A stretch of DNA of 64,000 bases. Source: Malacoraja senta (Eukaryota). Below, in pieces: positions 42,601 through 54,600 of the stretch (its first letter is position 1; each line of letters begins with the position of its first letter). The position numbers and the translations under genes are program-made. The notes under the pieces are model-generated. The model was not told the origin of the DNA. It ran no database searches and saw only the letters and a program-made list of their open reading frames with translations. The DNA lies in contig CM075990.1 in NCBI GenBank assembly GCA_038087875.1, positions 10,788,001 to 10,852,000 of the forward strand. Direction: 5' to 3'.

Positions 42601-45600
42601 CGCTATTTTCCAGGTTACTTGAGTGTTGTTACTGCTGCATTAGCAGAGAAATCCAAAACAAGATCCAGCCTCTTCAACAAACGTATAACCCATTATAGGT
42701 TGAACTTATGCGCAGATTAATCAAACATTTATAAATTAATCTTTGCCTGCATTTTCACCCCTGTGTACAAATTTAGTGTTGTTTCAAACTCACTTTATGC
42801 AACATCTCAAAGCTAATGTTCTTGCAGAATAGTGGTGCTGAAGAAAAATTATCTTTTCTTTGAAAGGCTAATATTTTTAAACTTAAATTCTCTGAACCTA
42901 GCACCAGAAAAATTGTTTGCAAGATTTTCTTTCTCAGGAACAATGAGCCAAACAAAACATACCTGGATGATTGTTCAAGAGCTGAGGTACAGAACCGACT
43001 GAACCATGCAAGATCTGGCCAGGAACTGACTGCTGATCGGACGTAAGTGCAAGTTTGTTGGCGTGACGAGAAGGTCGTGGTGATTTCTTCTGCTTTTTCC
43101 ACTTGGATGAGTCACTCATTCCTCCAGCCCTCATTTTAAGCTGCAAGTTGAATGTGAACATATTCTAATGCAAGGTCTGCTTTAAAATACTCAGATTCAA
43201 ATCCAGAGAATTATATTTGTTTGCAAACTTCCCTGTTCAGTTTATCACTTCAAGTGAGTGATGCTCGCCGCATAAAATGAAAAACAAAATGGCCACTTAT
43301 TTATTCATACTAAACCAATATTAAGGAATGAAATTTACCCCATGCCTAAACAACAATTAATAACAATGATGAGGTACAACACTGACATGGAAGTGATCAA
43401 AAGGTATTGTTCATTTTTAAATGCTTTGATGTGATTCTGAAAACTAAGTTCTCTGTCTGCTGCTAATTATGAATGAAATTCCTGCAACAGATTTTCACTC
43501 GTTAATATTTTTAACACATTAAATGTATACCCGGACTTTCTTGTTTGCAATCTGAAGGTGAAATATTATTTATCCAGTAGGGCTTATTCACATCATCATT
43601 AAGAGCATTCCAAACCCAACAATGGAATCTTGGCTAGGTTAATTAGTTCTGGATAAACGCTAAGCATACATGGGGGGAGAAAAGCAGGGCACTACAGACA
43701 GAAATAACACAACTTAGGCTATTGCACCAATTCATTTTGATCCAAAGCAAAACTGAAAGTAAACAGTCATTTAACTGATCACCCTCACCACATCCCTCGC
43801 TAAATCTTTACCAAGCAACACAGGTCAGATCCCGGTCCAAGGATGAAAATTACCAAAAATTAACCACCCAAGTTACAAATATCGCTCTTTGCTGCACGTC
43901 GCTGCAGTAGTAAATCACAATGCAGATGGAGGAATGATAGGAAAATATTTCTGAAAGATCCATCAATAATGGTGCTATGTGGGGATGCCACTAAATACAG
44001 CAAAAGTGAAATTATCAGGAATACCCCATATTCTTTAAATGAGCTGTTTGGTAATATTATGGAAATAAAAGGCATTCAAGATAGAAATGAGGATTTCAGT
44101 AATATTGATGTACACAAACACGTAAACTGAGCCTCTCTGCAAATGCATAAGAATCAAATTTGATATTGAAAATGGAAGACCAGTTAAATTACAACAGCAA
44201 AGGATCATAATGCTTATAATATGTTCAACAAATGCACAATGGAAGAACCAAACTTATATTTTGAATAGTTCATAATATACTGAAGGTCTGATTTGTTGGC
44301 ACAGTATGGTACAGTAGCTGTGAACAAACCAAACTCCATCTACATACTGTTGCTTGTCAGAAATTATAGCAAGAAACATCAGATTTCAAGTTGTCCAAAT
44401 CTACTAGTGTATAGAAAGGGAGGTATCATACAAATCAGTTCACAGTGCAACCAACAATCATTTCAAGTGACCAGCATCTGCTGCTTAAGGACCAACTATG
44501 TGCATATCAGGTAACTCCAATCATTACATATATTGATAATTAGAACTGACACCCTGAAGAATTAATTTTCTTAATAGGGAAATGGCGCAAGAGCTCGTCA
44601 ATTTGATGGAAAATATGTATTCTACCTCTCCCCAATAATGAATTTTGAATTTATGGGAGAAAACAACAGGACATTTTCACCTATGTGTTTGATTTACTTT
44701 TTAAAAATTCTAAATAAAACTGTTTTTTTAATTCTTTCATCACAAGATTGTAAATGTTATTTGATGAAATTACATCCAGGATCCCAACTTCCATACTAGT
44801 GTGAACAGTATTCAGACTTTGGGACTTTCCTTCCACTGACAAAGCTTGCATCAGTCTAATATCCTTACCTGCACTCGTTTGTTTTTCCACATGATAGTGT
44901 AAGCCTCAGGAGGAAAAAATGTTGCCAGTAAATAGTAAATTAAAAAGTTGTAAAATGATTGTGGTAAGGGATTTAAAAAATCTCAATTAAACTTTCATCT
45001 ACGTTTTAATTATTTCACATTTGAAAGCATACAAAACTACGGATCCTCTTTATATATATATAGCCATGTATGAATTTTAAGACACAAATTCATGCCTTAG
45101 GATGTCCATCTAAACCATTTGTAGGAGGAACTTCAAAACATGACCATCACCTCATGCAGTGCTTGATGCGAACCATGCAACATAATCAAATACTTTAGAA
45201 TGAGGACACCTTAGATAACTTCAGAGTCTACAAATTTATTTGGATTTACTAATTACCTGCATTCCAACAAGCCAAACATCAAAAAGTTTTAATTGAGCAA
45301 TCAACAAACGTTTGTATGTTTTGGTAATGATATTTTTCAAAAAAAAAGTATTTGCATTTCCGCATATCCATTTCATGCACTGCTTGACAGTCATGTTGTG
45401 CACAAAAACCGTGTATTGAACCTTCACAGGGAGAAGTTCGCTCATTACTCCTGATTACTAGCCATCTTACACATGCGCCAAACTTCTTAAATGTTTTCAG
45501 CATGCTCACACTTCCATTTTAAAAATCCCATTTATTTTATATTTATCGATAGGAAAGATGATTTATTCAAAGACAAGTATTCTGTACAACAGCAAAACAA

Positions 45601-48600
45601 AGTGCTGGAGGAACTCAGCTGGTCAGGCAACATCTATGAAGGGAAAAGGACAGGCGATGTTTCAGGTTTGGACCCTTCCAGACGCCTGTCCATTCCCCTT
45701 CACAAATGTTGCCCGACCCACTGAGTTCCTCTCGCACTTAGAGTTTTGTTCAAGGTTCCCACATCTGCAGTTCCTGTGTCTATTTTGTGCCACAATTTTG
45801 TGAAGAACATAATAATGATGCTCGTGTCGCATTGGTTAAAGTATACCTACATGATCTTCGTATTAAAAACTTTTTTTTAAAAGATTAAACAAACCTGACA
45901 ACATTGGGATGGAAATCAGTGAGGTCAATTGTATGAGAGATAGGTAAATCTACTGGCAGCAGGTTAATATGCTCTGATAATTAACACCACAGTGAAAGAA
46001 GATTTAAGATGTCCAGTCAACATCAGCCCGAACTTGACAATCAGGTCTTGACTCTGACGAGTGGCCTTTGTTGGAGGTATTGAATTAATGTCCTAATCAT
46101 ATTTAATTAATTATCCTGATCTCCCGGAAAACAAATAAAAGGTACATGTGTGCATTTGAGAAATTGTGTAAAACAAACACAGTGAGGCAGGGGAGACGAG
46201 GACAAAAGAAAAAGTGTTTTTCAAAATAGTTTAAAGATTTCCGTGAACTGCATTTATTTCTTGCTTAGTCAATGTCTTTAAATATAACAAAAGTGTCCAG
46301 AAGCGCAAAGTTCCAACATCAAGTATATAATTTGAAAATAAATGCAGCTGAACTTTCAGGGGCAGGCAGCAATGGAATTAAAAATGCAAAAGGTCGACTT
46401 CAAAGACTCCCAAGATGTCTCACAATGCTCTGCTAATGCAAATCAAATCAGTCAGTTTAACAGGAACAGACTAAGCCAAAGTGGATGAACAGTTGTGCAT
46501 TTCCCAAATTCCTTCCATACTTCACTCACAATCACTTAACATATTCCCAATCTTAAAACTCAAACCTTAAATACAGAATTGTCAGTAACTTAAAACTGTC
46601 ATCTCACTTTCCCATTCTATGTGGGATCACTGACCCAAAACTTTGATTAGGTTTCTCCCTCCATAGATGCTGCCTGGCCTGCTGAATGTTTCTACAGAGT
46701 TTGGTTTTTGTTTCAGATTTTCAGCATCTGCAGTTGTTTTAATATTTCGAGAACAATAAAGGAGATTGATCTTCTGTGTAGCACTTACACCAATACTTGG
46801 ACAGACTTTCTCGAAAGTGCAGAAAGTAAGTAAACTACTGGATGCCCAATTAATTATTAAGACTGTTCAAATGACAGTTTCCCATTTATAAAAGGGGTGT
46901 TTTCCATATATTGGGAAAATTCCAAAAGAACACTCAAGCCTCAATTTCCTGTCAAATAATGATTTAGTGTCATTGCAACCTTTTAAATGTTTTTATTTAA
47001 AATTCTGAACTCTTTGAGAAACATTAAATAAGCGTTGCCAGGCACAAAGCAGTCAAAACAAGATCATAATGCATACAAGCAAAGAAAACACACAAAAACA
47101 GGATGAAGTAAATTAAACACACAGCCCTATTTAAGCTAAAAGCCACCATGGAATCAACGGAAAATAAAATATCAGTCTACCTTCTTCATACTGGTTCCCA
47201 CAAAACTTTTGGCTTCTTCTTTAAATTGAGGTAACCTGCAGAACATTAACAAATGTTAGAAAGTATAAAAGTAAAATCCGCAGAATAGTTTCAGTAATAA
47301 GAGGCATAGATAAGTGAACGGTCACAACCTTTTCCCAGAGTAGAGTCTAGAAATAGAGGAATAAAGGGATTCGGCCGAATGCAGGCAAATGGGATTAGCA
47401 TCGATTGAATTTTGAGAGCATGGACGAGTTGGGCCACAGAGCCTGCTTTCGTGCTGCACAAGTCTAGTAATGCATAGACTTATGAAAACACATGAGATAA
47501 ATTACTTTGCAATATATACACCAATGTTAAAAACCACATGAAGTGGATTATTAGGCAAAGAGAGCAGGTGCTAGATCATGCAATCCATGCATTACTGCCC
47601 AAGTTTCATATTCCTTTAAGGAGTAAAGCTGAGGGACTGAGTGTCTTTGTAATAAAGTGCAGCTGCCTTAAAATGAACCACGCAATATCGGAAAAACAAA
47701 GCAGAGAGAGTTTTGGACAGACAAAATACACAATATTAAATTGTATATTAAAACCAATTTAAGATTACAAAAGAGAGAATGGACAGAACTCTCTGGACAA
47801 ACTAAAGATACCAGTTTCTTCTTATAATTCATTGAATATCTGACGATAATCAGACTTTTTAAAGTAATGGTTTATCTTTTAAATGCTGCACGCCTACTGT
47901 CAATTAGTCTACAGTAATTCCCCACTGCTTCCTAAGATTTCTGTCCGAACAGCAGACATGGCTCCACTTCTTCTAGTAATTTATAAACATTTGAAACCAT
48001 ATCTGCTCACCTGAACAGAAATCTTATTGACAGTATGCATGCAACATTTTAAGAGAAAGAATACTATTTTTATTTTTTTAAGTACACAAAAAATGACACA
48101 GGAACAAATATATTGCAGGACTACAGCTGCATGCTAAAGAGCCAGATCATGCCTGTAAAACCTTGTTCCCAATTTTTTTTCCTGAGGCTGCAAAAGGAAG
48201 ATAATTACTCCTTCACTGGGACAGAGAAAAAGCACAAAGGGAGACAAAGTATAGCAGAGACTGTGGATATGCATTTACAATGGACAAAATTTGAAATGCA
48301 GATCAATTTCTTGATCTTCAATATCAAAAGTATTACTTGCATTGGACACAAAATAATAGTGTCACTGGAAAAAAACTGCAACTAATTTGTGTGGAATGAA
48401 ACATCATATAAAGAGAGCTGGGAGGATCAGCTGGGCAGTAGCTACATCAAATGACCCTGCCAGCATAGTGCAGGCAATTCTAAATCCACTTGGTCACGAA
48501 CTTGCTAAGTCGCTCTCCAGATGGTCATATTGGTGTGCAAAGGGTACAATGCAACAGTATCACATTCTGCCACAATTAACATAGAAACTTAAATTTGAGA

Positions 48601-51600
48601 CTCAGAATGAGTTGCAGAAGGAGCTGCAGATGAGATACTGGCTTACCCCCAGCTGATCCCGAGAATGAAGGTTAAGTTGCCCGGTTTATTGTGCTTTGAA
48701 TAGATTAGGCAGCTGCTTTGAACTGACAAAATACCTGTGGATATCCAGTCCATTAAAGTCAGCTTACATTGTTCATACATATATAAAGCACTGTGTCAGA
48801 GGACAAAATTGACCCAATACTAGTATATACAGCCTAATGGCTGGCTCAGTAATCTGGGAGGCAGAGGAGCTAAGTGTCAGTTCAACTAGTGTAAAGCCAG
48901 AGAGAATGGAAAGAGGAAATGTGAAGCTGTGAAATTCTGTGATAGAAGGCTAGGATGATAAAACTGTTACTGAACAAAAACTCGGATTCACACTAACCAA
49001 TATGTTCAAAAGGCAACATCACACAGATCTTCAAAGCATTTCACACCACCATAAACAAGAAAAAATTAACTCAATTCCAAATAATTATAGCTTGACAAAA
49101 CGACCGTTCAATTGAAAATTTAAGAGACCATTTTAGATCAATAGAAGTTTTATATTTGCACTGATGAAATCTAAACAATAATAATGAAACAAGTCCACTT
49201 TTTTGATATTAAGGTATCAACACACAAAATAGTTGCCCTTGGCTAGCCCCAAAGGAGAACTATGACAGGTTAATCTCAGTATTTCTACCTTGAGAACAGC
49301 AGCTGCACCATGTCTACCAGTGTGTGTTCAGCAGATTTCCTCAATAACTCTGCAGAGAGAAAAAACAAATAGCACAGGTGTCATTATGCATTGTGATATT
49401 ATCAAGAGGCTCCAACAAGTAGACCTCCCTCCTAGTTTTGTTTACTAAGGATTAAGCAGAGCTTATTAAACCATTTTAAATTAAACTCAATGCATTTGTC
49501 AGACACAAACAGAAGGAAGATGGCACTGCAGCACTGTCGGTCCTTGCGAGCAGCTGTCTGTTTATCCCTTTACAGCACAAGATGCCCTTTTACTGCTTTT
49601 AATATAAGGCACACATTTCTGAACACACGTCCTTTACTTATATAGTTCTAACAGACACAGATAAAGTCAAATCTTGATGAAATACAAAGCCATTTCTAAT
49701 CTCGAATTTCTAAGACTTTAAAGTGAAGAAATGTTCTATCACAGAGGGTTAAATCTTCAACAGGCAGCTAGAATGGAAAACTTGGATCATCATGATGCTG
49801 CAAAGGTTCTTTAATGGCCTGTGTGGAACGCAACCAAACACTACACACCACCAGCCAGCAATGCACCTTTTATGCAAAATATTTCTTACGCCAACCACAT
49901 TGCAGGTTAGTTAAATATCATGAAACAAATATTCCTAACAAGAGACACTATGAATTTGTTCCACTTGAGCTTAGTAATTTACCAGCGGCACACTCATTCA
50001 ACTTAATTAACTTAGTTATTTATATTTCCAAACACTATGCCTTTTATGAACCTAGTGGGATAAAAGTGCATACATTAAATCCAGTTGCAATAAAATCTAC
50101 TTTGCAACTGATTTTGCAAGAACTCCAAGAATTTAACATGGTTCCTCAATAAACAGCAAAGAGCTAAACTGAGCAAGTGAACTGCATAAAAAGTGGTGAC
50201 ACCAAAAGCTAGACCTTTTTAAAGCACAAATGGGATGGGCAAAGGATGAAGAGTGGCCATGAGAAAACACAAAATGTCCTGCCAGAATTCCAACATAGCT
50301 TTAAGAATTCAGTCTGAGCAGTTAAGTGGGAACAAGTAGTTTGAGTCATTTAAGGGGGTAGATTGTCTGACCTGCTAGTACTCCCCTCCCTCATCACTAC
50401 CACCATCCTTCATGTAAGAAGGCAACATTGAATCTACCATAGCCTACAAACCTGGAAGGAATTTCAACGGGACTGAATGGGACATTTCTTGCTGGTGCAG
50501 TCACAACAAGAAGTTGAGTGGCTGGTGTGTTAGGTTGGATGATCCAGCCCATGAAATAAGTCTATCTGCGTCTAATTAAGAAAAACAAACTATTTACTCT
50601 GATTAGTTTAATGTTGCTACTGCTAATGTTACAAACTACCTGCTCCGATCAGTCTAATTGTTAATTAAATAGTGCTTTGTCCCAGTTTTATGCTTAGATC
50701 CTTTCAATTTAGTAAAACAACCGGCAAGAACAACTGATCACTCTCGTCTTTCCCACAAAATAATTATTGATTGTGGAATGTCCTTGCAGCTTCAATCAAA
50801 GACTGCTATAGAGTTCCATGTGTAATAGTTAAAATATGTTTCTCCTCCAATTCATGATAGACTTTTATTCAAATAATTGTATCTAGATGTTATCACAAAC
50901 TGTATGATAAGAGTGAAGGACACAGCATATCATCAGTACCTATCTATATAGACATCATTACAATTGTTTGGCACTTTCTACTCTTAAACTGTGGGCTACT
51001 TATGGTGATGAGATGCCGCAAAGCACATTGTGCCAACCTGCAGCATTTACTTTCACTACTTGCATACTTCAGGGATATGTGCAGTCTGGTTAGGCAACTT
51101 GATCAGCATGGACGAGTTGGGCTGAAGGACCTGGTTTGGTGCCGCATAGATATACAAATCGAACATTTTTTAAAGGGATGGATCTTCCGGTGAATTCAAT
51201 CTGCACAGCTAAGGAGGGAACAGGAAGCAAGCCACCAGGTTTCAGATCAACAAAAAAAGTGATTCAGTTGTTAACCCATAGTGGGTGGTAGTCGAGCATC
51301 GGTAGAGTTACTGCCTTACAGTGCCAGGGACCCGGGTTTGATTCAGACTGCGGGTGTTATCTGGATGGAGTTTGCACGTTCTCCCTGTGACCGTGTGGGT
51401 TTCCTCCGGGTGCTCCAGTTTGTAGGTTAATTGGCCTCTGTAAATTGTCCCTGGTGTGTAGGATAGAACTAGTGTAGGGGATGATCGCTGGTCGGCGTGT
51501 ACTCAGTGGATCGAAGGGCCTGTGTCCACTGTACATCTAGACTAAAAACGAAACTAAAGAGAACACCAGAAGAAAGGGGGAAGGTTCGCAAAGTGTATGG

Positions 51601-54600
51601 ATTCACATCCCGGGTCTTCATGCAGTCACACCTCACTCATCAACAAGACAGAGCACACTCCAAGTTGAGAGCAGGCTTTAAGATTGAAATAAGACTCCTG
51701 GGTTTGCTCTATTGGAAGCTTTCATGAACCCAATGGGCCAAATAGTCTCCTTCCATACTGTATCACAAAACCCCATTCTCAAACACCTCAATAACACTTG
51801 ACAGGCTTTTAAAATATTTTTAAGTGTCACTGATAGGGACATTCATAAACTATGTATATAGATTCAAATTATTTTTAAAAAATCAAAATTCGATTAAAAA
51901 TAAATCAATCTGTGTGGGATAAACTGCATGTGTGATCTGATAAAGTTGCCAATTAATTACTTCACTTAGTCATCATAAAACAAGAATACAAAAGTTTAAA
52001 AGATAATAGAGAAACAGGCACACAGCCAAGAAAACTCACCACTGAGCCTCATTTCGAAGCATATTCGAAAACATGACTGCATAATTTCACAAACAGATTC
52101 ATTAGTCAGGTGAGCACCAACAGGAGTAAGGAGTAAGGTTCTCAAGACCTAAAAATGATAAAGCAAAATGTTCATGTTTTAATCCATGCAGCCATTCAAT
52201 GCAAACCTTTTTCAGAAATAAACACAAATGTTTAATTCAAGAATTATGCACGCTTTATCCTACACTGTATTAAAATAGATCAATCGGAATCCCTTGTTAA
52301 TTTTATAAACCTGCTGTGAAAGCTCATCAACAAACCAATTTTAAAAGCGGAGATCAATATATGATGTATTTTCAATTGGTCCCTTGATCCAGCACTGCCA
52401 TTCAATATGATCAAGGCTGATCATCTAAAATCAGTACCTCATTCCTGCTTTTTCCCTATATCCCTTGATACCTTTAGCCCTAAGAGCTAAATCTAACTCT
52501 CTCTTGAAAACATCCAGTGAATTGGCCTCCACTGCCTTCTGTGGCAGAGAATTCCACAGATTCACAACTCTCTGGGTGAAATAGTTTTTCCTCATCTCAG
52601 TCCTAAATGGCTTACCCCTTATTCTTAAACTGTGACCCCTGGTTCTGGTCTCCCCCAACATCGGGAAAATGTTTCCTGCATCTAGCCTGTCCAATCCTTT
52701 AAGAATTTTATACGTTTCTTTACGATCCCATCTTATCCTTCTAAATTCCAGTGAATACAAGCCCAGTCGACCCATTCTTTCATCATAAGCCAGTCCCGCC
52801 ATCCCAGCAATTAACCTGGTGAACCTACGCTGCACTCCCTCAATAGCAACAATGTCCTTCCTCAAATTAGGAGACCAAAATAGCACACATTATTCCAGGT
52901 GCGGTCTCACCAGCGCCCTGTACAACTGCAGTCGGACCTCCTTGCTCCTAAACTCAAATCCTCTCGCAATGAAGACCAACATGCCATTAGCTTTCTTCAC
53001 TGCCTGCTGTACCTGTATGCTTACTTTCAGTGACTGATGTACTCTGTCTGTCTTTATTGCCACTTGCAGGGTACCTCTACCTCAAGGTTTCTTCACTCGG
53101 TGTTTTTGGAAGCTGAAAGAGATGCTCATTTTGTATTCACTTTTGTGTTCATGTGGTTACCCTTTTAACTAATGTTCCAAGCAAAAGATGTAGAATCAGT
53201 TTTGTTGGGAGTAAGAGATAGTTAGGAATATGAAGTCACCGATGTAAATCATATATCGGTACCCTAACAGTATTTGCATTGTAGGACAGAGCATGAATTT
53301 TTTTTAAATGGGGAGTTGACAAATGTAACCTTTAGGACAAATTTGTCGATATTTGCTACAGCTACAGCAATAATACTGTGAGTAACCAACCAGAATCAGA
53401 CGATTTGATATCTATTATTGTGTAGTCAGACAGGATTAATTTATCTTTAGCAGAAAATCCTCTCTGAATGAGGGATGATGTTGAGTTTCAAATTCAGTCC
53501 TACCGATGTAGTTTCAAATTCAGTCCTACCGATGTAAGACTAACTGGTCAAAAATTCCCCATTTTCTTTCTCCCTACTTTCTTAAAAAGTGGAGTTACAT
53601 TGGCTCCCCTCCGTCCACAGGAACTGATCCAGTTGAGAGAACATTGGAAAATGATCACCAATGCATCCAGGATTTCTAGGGCCACCTCCTTGAGTACTCT
53701 GGGATGCAGACCTTCAGGCCTGGAGGATTTATCTGCCTTCAGTCACAACAATTTACCTAACACCATTTTCTGACTAATGTGGATTCCCTTCCCCCCTAGT
53801 ATTTCTTGGAGGCTGTTAGTCTCTTCCTTAGTGATGACAGAACTAAAGTACTCATTTAACTGTTATGCCATTTCCTTGTTTCCCCATTATAAATTCACCT
53901 GCCTCTGATTGTAAATGACCTACATTTGCCTTCACTAATCTTTTCATTTTTACACGTATCGAAAGAAGCTTTTAGAGTCAGTTTTTATATTCCCCGCAAC
54001 CTTTCTTTCATGCTCTTTCCCCCACCCCCCTATTAATTAACCCCTTTGTCCTCCTCAGAGTTCTAAATTTCTCCCAGTCCTCTGGTTTGCTGCTTCCTCT
54101 GGCCAATTTATATGCCTCTTCCTTGGATTTAACACAATCCTTGATTTCCCTCGTTAGCCAATGTTGAGCCGCCTTCCCCATTTTATTTTTTCGCCAGACA
54201 GGGATGAACAATTTTCGTTAAATCTTTGCCATTGCATCTCCACCGTCAACCCTTCAAGTATAATTTGCCCGTCTATCCTAGCCAATTCCCGTCTCATATC
54301 TTCAAAGTCTCCTTTCTTTAAGTTCAGATACCCCAATATTGCAATAATTTTAAAGAGCATTTTCAATCAAAAGATGAAATGTATTTTGTTAGTACTTTGG
54401 TTATATGTAAACTTAATTTCAGTTTAAGTTATTTTTAAATTATTTTATTCCTTTTGCTCACCACACATCATTCCAAGAGAAAGTTTATGCATCTATTCCC
54501 AGTCTAAGAGAGCCTTTCGTGGACCATGGGTAGTATACAAGAATATTTCAAATTTCCCATTTTCTCCTACTATTGAAATTATTCAAAATAAAACAAACAG

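Noticed and set aside
46424-46429. Possible 6-nt microexon TAGCAG|AGCATT|GTGAGA
   Set aside because: Too short to distinguish from chance; weak exonic donor context
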